Below, piece by piece: positions 50,716 to 63,700 of a stretch of DNA of 64,000 nt. Position numbers and translations under genes: made by a program. The first letter of the stretch is position 1, and each line of letters begins with the position of its first letter. A model generated the notes under the pieces. The model had not been told where the DNA came from. It did no database searches and was given only the letters and a program-made list of their open reading frames with translations. The DNA lies in the NCBI GenBank assembly GCA_017654855.1, contig CM030335.1, positions 2,852,001-2,916,000 on the forward strand. The letters run 5' to 3'. This DNA comes from Podospora anserina. Taxonomy: Eukaryota.

Positions 50716-52739
50716 GGTGACCTTGGAAGTTGTGGGATCCGATAGACAAGATCACCGGGTTATGGTTTCCTAGAGCGCTGAATCGTGGTAAAGTAAGTCG
50801 ACGGACTCGAGTTCAATCACTGTCGTGTATCCCGAAATTGTTTGGCCTTATTCTGTCGGGTAGAACCCGAGCGCGGCTGACTGCGTTTATCGGTTCAAGA
50901 AACAAGATAGACGGGGGGTTCGCCGAGGACTGGAGATCGGGACAAATCAGATATTTGACGGCTTCTGGAAAAATCGGTGCTTTTTCGTTCGTCGATTTAT
51001 TGATTGAGGAACTGGGAAGCTGAAAACGCGTGTGCAACGATACTCTCAGACGCGTCTGCCCGGCCCCTGCCAAAGTGATTTCTTGGCCCAGATAAGGTTT
51101 CGCTGCCAAAGAGGGATGGGCCCCGCAAGCCACCTTACCAGATGTGGCTTAAATCCCCTCCATCGGGCAGTTCATTGGCAGGGATGGTCGGCTGTCGGAA
51201 CTGACCGAGAGCCTGGGCCCTCCCCGTTGGTTGAGTTGCACCGCTGTCAACCTCAATTGGCCGAAGGTGAAGCAACTACCAGAATCCCATGTCATCTTCA
51301 GCCTCATGTCGATGGAAAGCCGAGACCTCGGAGCTGCTTCTGACGACATCGCGCTGCTTCACCATCCTGAACTGTACCACGAACCAGGTGTACGGAATAA
51401 GGCAAGGTACTGATGAAAGACGTGAAGGCTGCCTCTTCCGGCACCTGTCTCAGCCTGCCCATATGAGGCCCGAGACACTCATCCCACAACGCCGCCGCCA
51501 TCACCAAAAAGCAAGGGCGCGGCGAAGGTTGGTCGATTCTTCGATTTCTTTCGCTTCCGTTCCCGCCGTTTCCCCCGTCGCTTCATCTATCGAGAATTGC
51601 GATCCGCTCGCCTGTCGCGCGACCGACGGCACACTGACAATTTACTGTCATCTCTTTGTGCGCTCACCACCCGTCCCCGCCTGATCGAAGCGTCGGCCCG
51701 ACCAGTTCTATTGTGGTCGTGTCGTTTGATAGAGCCCAGATGTGTAACGGCCATGTCCCGTGCGTCGTGATACCCTAGCTGCACTGTCGAAAAGGGCGGC
51801 CAACCTCTTGTTGTTGATATCGCCGATTCCATCAGACAGAACTGCCAGCGCCGAGTGTAGTCAAGTCAGCTTGTCACCCGCTCACCTCTCACTCCTGGGC
51901 TGGGCCATGTGACATTGTGATGCACGGCGCCTGCCTTTATGCATCTCATATCTAGGAAACAAGGCAGAAAATCCAAGCCTTCGTGGAGGGTGGCGGTCTA
52001 CATTCCCCGTCTATCATGCGGCTTGTTCCGCCATGCTGTCCTGCTAGAGAAGAAGAAGATCTGTGATGGCTGACCTGTCTGAATTGCTCAGGCTCGTATT
52101 CAGTGCCAATACCATGGTCAGTTATGGCTGGGTTGGCACGAGCTCCCCCCCAGGGTCAATCGAGAGCTCTTTTCAGCAGCACAGAGTGAAAGTGCCATAT
52201 GCGGTGAACAATGTGGGTCGATGCCGGACTTCTATCCAGCAGCCATAGGCCATACGGATGGTTTGCGGTGGTGGAGCGCTGGCGCCGTTTGTGAGCGTTG
52301 CCTTTGGCGAAGCGTGGAACCAATTCCTTGGGCCGATCCAAGGCTAAAGCTCGATGGCCCCAGATCAGGATGAGAACCGTTTTGCTGCAGCGATCGCCGA
52401 GCCCATCAGCGCAACCCTCGTCGTCATTCCCGCAGCGCCCTCACATTCCACCCCTGCCAATGACCTGTTTTGCTCATCACGCAGCAGGACACTGTCAGTC
52501 GTGCAGAGGTGCGATTTCCCGCTCCTTGGTTGTCGCTTCGCGCGCTTCCGGGGGGCCGACGAAAGAAGAAAGCATGGCCTGAGGTGCAGATGCTGTTGTT
52601 CTGTTTTCCCTATCTTCCCCTGGTGGGAAATCCTGGTGGGAAACACCGGTAATGGATAACCGCTCCAAGCTCCCCTAGTCCCCATCGCTCTCACGGCGTT
52701 CACTCCTCAGGGCAGGGGTCTAGGGTGGAGGGTCCATTG

Positions 52740-52835
52740 GGTCCAGATCGTCAAGCACCCGCATGGCTGGGGCTGTTAGACCGTCCTTTGAGATCACTCC
52801 GATCACAACAGCTGCCGATGCGTTCAGCGATCAGG
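52740..52835. promoter_or_regulatory. Cluster of GATC/CGATN motifs upstream of the vvd-like gene, candidate light-response element
   Basis: GATC at 52746, 52792, 52801, 52829 plus CGATG at 52816 within 90 bp; paired GATN repeats are the known White Collar complex element in Neurospora. Short motifs, weak evidence. Confidence 0.3.
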
Positions 52836-53616
52836 GACATGCATCGAAAGCACCAAATTCGCTCCCTTGGCCTGCTGGCCCCTCCAATATGGGCCAAAAT
52901 ACCACCCTGGGCCACGTAGGGGAACACAACGACTCGGTCAGCTCAGTATGGGTTTTGGGATCGTGATTCATCCAACGGTGTCGGCCCTGGGACAGTCCCT
53001 CTTTCCCCTCGTCCCCCGCGGCAATTGGCCCATGGCCTGTTGTTCTCCGGGCCTGTGCCTGGCGATATAGTTTTGGTTCTTTGTTTCCTTGTCCATCTGC
53101 TCATCTGAAGCTCGGGAAGCTTTGGCCGCCTTGTCACAAACCTTCCGTCATCCCGTCCGATTTCACACGGCCCCCGTCCCTGCCACCAAACCTCCGTGGA
53201 TCTCGATTCCACGCAGACTTTGTGGTCGCCTTACCCAGACCACTGGGCCATGCTTTTGTGTCGGAGCACCACCGTATTGACCTCTTGATTAAATATCTTC
53301 ATGTTCCGTTCCTCAATCCATCATCCCCTTCTCCTTTGTTCGCCACCCCACAATCAGCATCATCATCACCCAGACCAGGAGCCCAGCGCCCTGCTTACAA
53401 GTCAACAAGAACAAGTGACGGCACAGGTTACACAGCGGGTTCCCTAACCCATTTGTCAAGCCTTCATCCAGCACACGAACAGCGAGTCCTCGGACATATA
53501 CCCAGTCACCCACCTTTACCTGGATGTCTTGTTAGTGAAGGGGACTTTTACTCGTTCCAGAACCGGCCTCGTACACCACAGTGCCACTGGCTTTCAAATT
53601 CACCGTGACGCCCAGC

Positions 53617-54293
53617 ATGAGCAACCAGGTCAATACATGGGAAGGCAACTCGTGGGAGGGTCGTGCTATCGAGGTAGACAGCATTCTAGATCCTGATTGT
53701 CCGCCCCTGCTTACCAGGTTATTTTAGCACTATGGTGGCCGGCAGTTGGACACGCAAATCTACGATCCCGTCATCTTTCCTGGGTTGTATTCCAACAGCG
53801 GTCTTGACATCATGTCGGTGCTGGTTCGTATTCCCTGACCATCTGCCTAGCTCGGTCTCAGATCATTAACAATGTGTAACAGATCTCTCTCCACTCAAGA
53901 CCAAACCCCCAGGAGGACATTGGAGCTGTCGACATGTCGTGCCCCATCATCGTCTGCGACCTCTTGCGACCCGATCAGCCCATCATCTACGCATCAGACT
54001 CCTTCCTGGAACTGACAGGATACAACCGACCAGAGGTATTGGAGAGAAACTGCCGGTTCATGCAGGCCCCTGGTGGGCAAGTCAAGCCCAAATCGGCACG
54101 AAAATATGTCGACGAAAAGACAATCAAGAAGATGCGGAAATCGGTCGAGCGGAACTCTGAGCTGCAGATCCCAGTCACCAACTTCAAGAAAGATGGTCAA
54201 AAATTCACCAACTACCTGACCATGATTCCGCTACAGTTCAACAGCCACCAGTTCAACATCTCGGTCGGGTTTCAGTGCGAGATGGACGGATGA
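53617..54293 (+). CDS. vvd: Short LOV-domain blue-light photoreceptor, VIVID/ENVOY family
   Basis: Three exons 53617-53673, 53728-53823, 53883-54293, all phase 0. N-cap PVIFPGLYSNSGLDIMSVL..RPNPQ..GAVDMSC; LOV core PIIYASDSFLELTGY..NCRFMQ..NFKKDGQKF..GFQCE; no effector domain. Confidence 0.92.
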
Positions 54294-57128
54294 ATCGAGC
54301 TTTCGAAATAGAGCGATGCCACGATGAGACATTCACCAGCAGCCACATCATCGAGATTCGCTCAGGATCATTGTTTTCTTATTCAAATTGTGTCACACAG
54401 CAGGGATCGGCGTTCCGGATGCATCGAGCGACAATCTAATTTTTGTCTTTGCTTTTCTTCTCTGTTAAAACAAGGTGCTTTTAGGCATTATGATACCCCA
54501 TTGACAGGGTCTACACACGACCCTTTCTCTCCAGCTTCTATCGATTTGCAGGGTTTTTACTGCAAGTAGGGACGGGCATCTGGTTCTTATTTACTACATT
54601 TTTATTCGGCATATACACATTACTGGTGTTTTTCCTTGGGAGCAAAGACGTTAAGGGTACAAACAAACCAGACACACAAACATGGGAAGGCGTTACGGCT
54701 TGAATGGATTGATACGACTCCTAGAATATGGAAGCCGTACATGGCCGATTTTGGAAATGGTCAGGGGACTTTTTTAGCATTGGAATGGGAATACGTTCAA
54801 TGGCAGAGACAGACAGCTGGATGGGCGGAATATGGATGATAGGCCTTTGTATTCTCACTGATATGATGGGAGGGGTCATTGCTATTCGGGATACATGTAC
54901 AACAAGGCAAAATCGAGCTGTCGTTACTGGCATTATCGCCAGTGATAGAACCTTGTCCCGGAACAATGCTGCCAGAATGAAATATGCCAGTAGATCTCTG
55001 TCGCTGACAACCAGACCTTACCCTCCTAAAGGTGTAGCTTTTGGATATCCCGTCATGTGGCCTGGACAATGGCTCAAAAATGCTGGTAAAAAGAAGCAAG
55101 AACAATCAACTACCGAAAGCCCCTCTCCGACGCCATCGGCGGACGAAACCGTCCACTCTCAGTCTCGCTCCCCTGACCAACTCCCCTGATCATGTATCCA
55201 CCCCAGCTCAGTCATGATCGCACCCTCGACATCCCCACTTGCGACCACTCACATCCCAAGCAAAAAGCCAAGCTCAGTAAAACCGTTTACAACTCCCTTT
55301 TGACTTTCTTTTTCTGATCTCAGATTATGCAAGACGTAATTCCTCTTTTCCCCAAGAGAAAAAACACATCACGCAGAACTAAGCCGGACAAGTCACTTCC
55401 CAGGGTCCCCGACACACGTTTTCTGTGGTTATTATTCCACCCTTCTCCCTTACATCTTTCGGTGTCCAGAAGCGGGAGCAGCCGATACTACTTACCATCG
55501 AGTGGAAAACACATGACGTGAGAAACATGAGAAATAACCAAAATCAGGCTTGGCGATCATTGAAGTCGATACCAGCTTCGATGATCAAGGAAACTGTTAG
55601 GCCAGCGCAGAAGAGATGGCAAACACGGGTCGGCACTTGAATGGATAAGCACAAGCTGTATCTGCTGGCAGAAAATTGAGGGAATTACTGTAGCAGTTCT
55701 CGCTGTTTGCCGGGTGATGGGGTGACGGTGACGGCTAGGTACGTTAGGCATAATGGTCTGATGACTGATCATAGGGGGGAAGTACGTACGTCAATCGCAC
55801 TGCACTGGCGAGCAGGGGGGTGAAAGGCAAGGTTGATAGGGGAGCTGTTCACGCAGGACAGTGCCGTTTCAGCTACAAGTGTCTGGATATTGAAGTTGAT
55901 AAAAAGGAGCAAAACTGATAGGGGTAGACCTATTGTGGTAGTTTGATAAGGGTGTGCTTGGGGAGGCTGACGTCAAATGTTTTGTTTACACTTGTAGGCT
56001 ATAACCCCAACCCTTGGTTTACCCCCTTTTGCCCCTTTTCCCATGCCGAGACTTCCGCTTACCTCACCTCCTTCGGGGGCTGTCCCCGCTTTCTCTCTCG
56101 TATTCCCTTGGTCTTGCTTTCTCCTTCTTTTCGTGTTGTTTTCAGCACCTCCACTGCTGAAACGTAATGGTTACCATAGCCGCACCACTCACGTCTTTGA
56201 GAACATCTTCAAGTTACCCCAGCTAATCTTGACGGGCCGGCTTCCACCTCCTCGAAACTGACAGCCCTTTCTTCTCATTCTGGCGGGCTCTTTAATCCTG
56301 TACAGTCGCAGAAAGATCCGAGATGCCACAACGCAAATGCGGGCCATCGAAGGCCATTTTCCTCGCCTCACACCGACTGTTCTGTCCCACCTACAGCTCG
56401 CACTTGCAAACAGAAAGCGAGCGATCGATCTTTCCACCTACAGGTCTCCTCGTCTCTCACCAACACAGCTACACACAGTTGATCATCCGATGCCATCTAT
56501 CGCTCCTTCACACTCCTTTACCGCAACGAAAAGAGAGAAGAACCGATACCTCTCCCTCGACATCTCCTCGCCCGCATCTCATTCAAAGACATCACCTCGA
56601 CAGCTAAGCCGAAGGAATCTTCTCCTAAGCACCTGAGCGACAAAACTTCCCACTCACGCCACACTCATCGGCCCGTTTCACCTCCCTCCCTCCAAGAGAC
56701 CCATCAGACTCATCCTATCTATCCTACCAAGCCTGTCCAGCAAAGCAACCAGGTCGATCGCATACCTCTGCCGATCTACAAAAACCTCCGTTGCCTGATC
56801 TCCTCTCCAACCTACCCAACTTACTTGACTGTTGTCGATCGCATAAATGTGACAAGACTGACTGTATGATCACACCATCATCTGCTCAAGCAGCTACAGC
56901 CTCTCGACTACAAGAAAGCGACTGTCAGCTACCTACCAACGACCGACAATCGACGATGTGCGGTTAGTAATCATATTCTAGCACACTGACAAAGAGTCGG
57001 TAGCGCTTTCGTAAGGTAACAGGAGATGATCGATTACCACGCCATTCCCAGTTGGCGGCACGAACAAGAACGGATGAGATTTTGGCCACTGCTGTTTTAC
57101 CTTATTGGGGTTTACACAGTGGTGAGAA

Positions 57129-57162
57129 TAGGTAGGTAGGTTAGGTAGGTAAGGCAGGTAAG
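57129..57162. repeat. Degenerate (GGTA)n microsatellite
   Basis: taggtaggtaggttaggtaggtaaggcaggtaag. Confidence 0.7.
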
Positions 57163-57659
57163 AAGAAAGAAAGATTTGTTTGTGCGGCAGGACTGGAGTG
57201 TAGGCGCGAATGGGGATGATGTCAGGCAGGCAACAAGCTGCGATTGGTCTTTCATAGGTCTGTTTTGCTCTTGTGGTTAGCTCTCTTGCTCTGGAATTGG
57301 TTAACCTGGGGTACTCTAATCCGAATAAATTCGATTCGGTTTGCTAGGCAGACTTAGGGTAGGTCCTTCGATAGTTAAGAGGCATATTCGGCTAGACTGT
57401 CGACTGAGTTGTCTACCTATAGAGCTGGAATCAAGGTCGAGAGGTGATTGTCGTTAAACTTATCGATAAATCACTCGATTAAGTTATCGAATGAACTTCT
57501 AATAGAGATAACATGGAGATTGACGATCAGGCTGTCGATTGAGCTCTTTGTTGAGTTGTAATTACTAGTCAAGTAAGCCTGCGGTTGTTAGGCTGCCTGT
57601 TGGCTGTGCTGTCTATCGATTAGCTTCAATCAATTGGATTGGATGCCTAAGGTAGTCTA

Positions 57660-57865
57660 TCGATTGAGCTGCTATCGATTAAGCGGTCTGCCGATTAAGC
57701 TGTCTGCCAAGTGATCTGCTGTCGATTGAGCTGTCTGTCGGTTGAGCTGTCTGTCGATTGAGCTGTCTGTCGGTTGAGCTGTCTGTCGATTAAGCTGTCT
57801 GTCGATTGAGCTGTCCATTGATTGAGATGTCTATTGATTGAGATGTCTATCGATTGAGCTGCCTG
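57660..57865. repeat. 16-bp minisatellite, consensus TCGATTGAGCTGTCTG, ~13 copies
   Basis: Units counted directly; central copies near-perfect with alternating TCGATT/TCGGTT; more degenerate copies are scattered back to ~57395. Confidence 0.92.
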
Positions 57866-58081
57866 TCAACTCAGTCAGTCGGTTGAGGTAGTTATTCCAA
57901 GCAGCCCTTACCGCTTTCTTATCCTCTCCATTAACCAGCCTATTATTCAGGGCTTGCTGGACTTATCAGCTTAATAAAGAACCATCGGCTACTTTAACAC
58001 TGCCAGCTAGACACCTAGGTCGCATTTTATTCCTTCATCAACACTACACTTACTTATTTTGTTCGATCGAAGTGTTTTACA

Positions 58082-58330
58082 ATGGCTAGTTAAATTGCGG
58101 AGGATGTCGTCGATCCGGTCCTGGGTCCTTTTGGCGATAAAGCTGTGGATTACTTTAGCGATTGATCAAATATCTCGACAAGATAGCTAATAATTTTTTG
58201 AACTAATGTTGTCGGTTGCTTCAGCGGCCAAGTCCCCATCATCTCACCAGTTGAGACTTATCCTAAAGTACCGTAGTCTACTAAGTACCTAGGTTACCGA
58301 GTTAATCGTCGATTCAACTTCCTTTATAGT
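58082..58330 (+). pseudogene. Possible RIP-degraded ORF / transposon remnant
   Basis: ACAATGG start then MAS*IAEDVVDPVLGPFGDKAVDYFSD*SNISTR*LIIF*TNVVG..; each stop is one C>T or G>A step from a sense codon; region visibly TpA-rich. Confidence 0.3.
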
Positions 58331-58518
58331 TCATCTTTGACGATTGTAGGTCGCACACTGCTATTTCCTAAAGCTCCATATACCCTCATTACCCTCCTTA
58401 CCCTCCTCCACATCCTTCACACCACAAAGTCGCAGCGAGTGTTCTGTTTAACGGCTATTTATTGTCTTGTTCATTCCAGTCATCATCTCATCTACCCATC
58501 AACCCCTCTTTATCCCCC

Positions 58519-60779
58519 TCAACTCAGCGTAAAACTATTCGACACCCCCTCAAAAGCCTTAATACTCCCAATCAACGGCTTCGAATCACCATGATACCTC
58601 ACCCTATACGTTCCCGCACTGTCCTCCGTCGCGCTCGTCTCCCAGGTAATCGTCACCTCGCTGTGGCCCAAAGCCCAGTTCGTCCTCTTCCAAGTATACA
58701 CCAGCTTCCAATCCTCATCACTCAGCACCCTCGTCCACTGCCCATTGACCTGCTTCTCGACCGCGGCATACGTCCCCTCAAGTCTCAAGTTATTCCTCGG
58801 GTTCGCACCCTGGAATCGAACACTCACCGCCTGACCGCGGGTGTACGACGCAGCAGGCTGAGTGAGGACGGCCCCGAACTTCTTCCCGATGGGCTCGGCG
58901 TCAAACGCGACGCCAGTGATGAAGCTGAGCGAGTTTTCGCGGTTGTCTGGGGGTGCTGGAGAGCCGAAAGTCGGCTGGGAGCTGGAAGACGACGAGAGAT
59001 ACGGCAGGCCGCGGAGGGTGAGGTTGACAAATGCGGGGAGCGCCCACTGACCAAAGAGAGTCGAAGCTCCTTCGTATCGCTGGATCTGGTACTCCTCTGG
59101 GGTTGTCAAGTAGTGGGAGTAAGTGTTTGCTGGACCTCCCAATACGACGTAGGGTTCGGTTCCCAAGGACAGCTCAGAAGCAGCCGCGTTCTTCACAGCA
59201 GCCTTCCACCTTCTGCCAGCCATGGTGGTGACTTCGACAGGGGAGACAACGATGATGAACTGCCCCACACGGAAAGATTGAATATCCATAATGTTGGGGC
59301 TCCAGGCATAGGGGACGTCCATCTCGCCTACGTTGAGGAGGACAGGCTTGGGCTGTTGGCAGGCCTTCTGTTGGGGAGAAGGCGCCTTGAGCAAACCACC
59401 GACAACAGACCAGAACGGGTTGTTGGGCGCACCGGAGTCGCCCTGGGTGAAGTCAAATGCGCCGGGCCAGTCAGATGTGCCGGCAGCAAAGGAGTGTCCC
59501 AACGCAGCAGGGCAGGTTTGCACGAGAGTGCCGTTGGCAAGGGGAAAGGTGTAGTAGCGCATATCCTGGAAGTAGTGGAACGAGCGGACAGAGGCGCCTG
59601 TGACAGGAGTCGATGAAGAAGCAAGAGAAGTCTAGAGCTGTCAGTTCAAGAACCTGCTGACGTCGCCAAAAGAAAACTCACATAGAGACTCTTAGCCCCA
59701 TCAAACTGCCTCTGCGCAATAATCTCACAGCTCGCCACCCCCAAATCCAACTTCTCAAACGCCGGTCCCCTCGCCCGACAAGCCTGGCTCTTCCCATCCG
59801 CACACGTACTCGTCTCAAAATCGCACATCTGCCCGGACCCATCATCACACCAAGCGCCCAACACATTCGGCGACGAATCCCCCATATTTGCCTGCGAAAA
59901 CCCAGCCACAAACCCTTCGGCAACCGCACTGTCACCCCTCACGCTCCTCTCAAAATAATAAGCCGCCAACCCCTTGTTATCCCCCGTCACATGGGTATTA
60001 TTCCCCTGCATTGAAGTAGGATGGACCGGAAACCAAGTCAACACCCCGATATTCTTCCCATCCGACGCCCTCTGGAACCTCAACAACGTCATAATCTTTT
60101 CCACACTGTCATCCCCATACTGAGCCCGTTCCGCGGCAGGGTTGGCCAAGTACGAGTACAAACTCCGGTTGATGTTTGCGTCTTCGATTCTGGTGGTGCC
60201 AAAGTCGAGGTAACCCTCCTGAAGGCCCTCGTGCGCCCGCTTGACAGCCAAAACGGCGCCGTCGACGATAGCCTTGTAACTCTGCTTGTCGAAACCTAAG
60301 CTCGTGATTTGGGGGAGCAAGTAGTTGAACCAGGCTCCGGGACCAGAATGTGAATGTGTGCCGGTAACAGCCACATTGCCGGCTTTGTACATGCTGTACC
60401 CCGTCCCTTGGGCAGCGATGCCCTCCAAAATCCCACGGCGGACGGCGGTATCGCCAGACATGGTATCCAGAACAAGGTAAACAAACCGGTTGGCGGGGTT
60501 GGACACCTCCCCGATGATGAACGCGCGAGCGTATAATCGTTGGCGGAGACCAGTACCAGTTTGAGCTGTGTCGGCGTAACCAGCAAAGTTGATCTCTACC
60601 ACCGGACCGGTGATATCTGCTTTGCCCACACCAATAAGATACTTGTCGCCGACTGCTCGTTTGTGGGAGCCATGACTGCTGCTGGGGAGGGCGGTAACTA
60701 GCTGCGTGAAGGCAAGAAGAGCGAACAGGAAAATGCTGGCAAACGTGGACACAACAGTCTGTCCTCTGGTTGGCGACAT
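58519..60779 (-). CDS. Neutral/alkaline non-lysosomal ceramidase, secreted or signal-anchored
   Basis: ATG 60779, hydrophobic N-terminus; GVGKADITGP, GLRQRLYARAFII, THSHSGPG, VHPTSM, GDNKG, GDSSPN, YEGASTLFG, GANPRNN; intron 59632-59681 joins the two ORFs in frame. Confidence 0.94.
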
Positions 60780-63700
60780 TGCAACTGACTGACTTGACCA
60801 GACCGATCGAGCAAACGACCGACTTGGAGAAAGACAGAAAGAGAGGAGGAAGGGAAGAGGTGGTGTCCTGCGATCGTGTGGTTGGGGGGAAGCCGTCCAC
60901 CTTTTAATCCAACCGATCTCCCATGATTCCCCAATCTCGACCACCACCTACCTTACCCGGCCGCTTCCCCAACGAGATTGGTCCACAAAGTTCCATGACA
61001 GTAACCATAGGTAAGGTAGCTCATACAACCTGTCTCAGTGGCCACTTGCACACGCTGCTTGGAGCTAACAAAAGGCCAAGTTGAGTGTAACCTCCCCCTC
61101 CCCCCTGTTCAGCTATTCCCGGTCCAACAAGTTCAGGTATCTCCAAAATATAGCTAAAAGGTTGTCGATGCATTATTGGTTCCACGACGTGGTAATGTGC
61201 CTTCCCCACAAAAAGATATTCCGGGAAGTGGGCAGCAAAATCATCACCATGTTCAGCCCTCCTCAGTAAAAAGGCATGTCGATCGGACGTGTTTTCCACT
61301 TATGACAGCCTTGACAGGATACTAGTGAGTCGAGAATGTAACTCTGCTTGCAGCGGTTATCTGTAAGTGCACACACACACATACCTATCGAGACATCATA
61401 TGGACAAACGTTGCACTTGGTTCCCTCCTCCCCTCTGCTCTTCAGCAGCCAACCCCGCAGTCAGTCACTCGTTCGTTTTTTCCTTCTCTTTTTACTCCTG
61501 CCTCCTATTCCCATCCGCGTGATGCTTTCGCTCCTTCTCCCGCCGAGAGTTCTTGCACTTTTAGTCCCTTCCCAAGACACCACTTGCTCAACCACAAGGA
61601 AGCAACAACAGCGGTAGCTGCTCCTGCACCCCTGACAGCATAAACCTATCACCTTAGCGCATTCGCTTCCCGTCCCCCCCTCCCATCCAATGAACAATAC
61701 CGCCTGCAGCATCGATCAACACCTTGATTTTTATTGCTTTTCCCGTCTTCGTGGTGTGGAAGTGGCATGTCCGGTGATGCAATCTCGCAGTTCAGGAACC
61801 ACATCCCATTGGGTGTACCTGCCTCCTTCCCGTCTTCAACAAATCCATTGTTCTTTTTCCAGGTTGGCAGCTGAAGAACAAGAACCGTTACCCTCTCTTA
61901 ACTGCGGGGACGCCTTCTCCCTTCTTTTGCACAGCGGCTTTCTTCAAAGTGACGTCGTATCGAAAATCCGCATCTAGCCGTAGGCGTCTTGTTACCTACC
62001 CTCTGGAAGTGGTCATGCGGATATATAACCCGAATCCGAATTGGTGGTTGACCATCCGAACCCGTGCTGTTATCTCTTGTCCCCTTTCGATAAACAGATT
62101 TGGTAGATAGGTAGTTATCTGGGTGCCACTCGCTGGTTTTCCCATTTCTAGCGACCAGCCCCGTGTATGCACTCTGTACGCCAGCAGGTTGGTTGTGGTG
62201 GTGTCGTGTGGGTGCTAATCTTCAACGTCTTTCTGCCCAAGCCAACCAGATGCTCTTGTCACGGTTTTGTCACCATGGCAGTGGCAAGGGGGGAAATAAC
62301 TTTTGAAAAAGCGCAACCTATCGGCATTGAGCATCTCGTCGAGAATGACATTTTTTTTCACAGAGTGAAATTAGAATCATCCTCGAATGTCCCCCCAACT
62401 TCTGATCTTCAGTTGGTGGTCGTGCGACTACCAACAACAACCCTGGCCTATATCCCTACCTACCCCAGCTCCAACCCTTGCTTCGACTGCAAAGAAAGCC
62501 AAGCCTCACCGATGACACCGTCCCTGAAGTCTCGCTTGCGCGACGGGCCAGCGGCGGGGAGGAGTAGGTGCAAACCAACCCCGCTCACGATACCATCACA
62601 CTCACTTGCTCACGTGGTCTGCATTCGATGGTCAGAAAAATAGTGAGGGTATCACAGCTATTCCATTCCCTTCCATCTTCAGGCGTTCAATCAGCATATA
62701 CGCTACCGGTACAGCACCTCTCTTCCTTCTACCGATCATACACAGCAGCACCACAACAACCGCCAACTTTCCCACAATCCACCCACCCACCTCTTCTCAC
62801 TTCGACAGTCCCATCTTCGCACTAAGTCAGCATCCTCCTCCTCTTGATCCATTCCCCACCTTCTCCCTCCTTCCACATCGGTATAAGATATATGGTATAT
62901 GTTATAGCAAAAATAAGTAACCGCGCAGGTAAATCTCCTTCTCCTCAGTCAGTCGCTCACCAAACCTTCCAACCTTGTACATCCATCCATCCCACTCACC
63001 ACACCCCCCCACCCCCACCTTTTATCCTCCAAAACCACTTTTCACATCAAACTCCAACTCATCTCACAATCATCAAAACAAAACGAGAATAAAACCACAG
63101 GAAACAATAAAAAAAAAGCTACTAAAAAGATTTCCCAGCCCCTTGCTATGCTAAAAGCCGTTGCCACCCCCGTCCTTTTCACTCCGATAAGAGAAGAAAA
63201 GAGAAGAAAAGAAAGCCACGAAAAAAAAATACGAAGACTATGTAAAGAATAATAAACATGTCCCGCTTAAGAAATATACATGGTGTTATGAATGAGAATG
63301 AAGCCCTTGACCCCCCAGAAAAAAGAAAAAAACTCCCATAAACGCCTCCTTGTCTCGCCTTGTGCAATGAATATGTGTTGTCGCTTCCCATAATCCCTTG
63401 TTTCCCCGCCGCCATTTGCCTCATCCCTCGGAATGAAGCAGCCCTCCCGTTTCATATACTCGCTGGTATGCTTTTGAAAAAACACACGTGCCCCGTTGTC
63501 GTCATCTTTCCCGAAAACAAAGAGAAACCCAAAAAGGAGCCGAACCCCGATTACCCTTCTCTTATACTCCCCTTCCCCGCTAGCCTACCGTCGCTGTTGA
63601 AAAGCGAGAAAGAGAAGAAAAAAGACACTTTTCCTGTCCCCCCCCTCCCAAGAATCTTTCCCTTCGTGATCGATGAAACCCGTGAAAAACCGTTGAATCG

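Noticed and set aside
54728-55189. 153-aa ORF downstream of vvd
   Set aside because: No motif or codon-bias support; overlaps probable 3' flank sequence.
56001-56014. TAACCCCAACCCT resembling a telomerase template
   Set aside because: Mismatch to the TTAGGG complement within a C-rich tract; insufficient evidence.
57660-57865. Repeat array considered as CRISPR-like
   Set aside because: Units are contiguous with no unique spacers, and the context is eukaryotic with no cas genes.
58462-59616. 384-aa + strand ORF overlapping the ceramidase
   Set aside because: Antisense to a well-supported gene, no recognisable domain.
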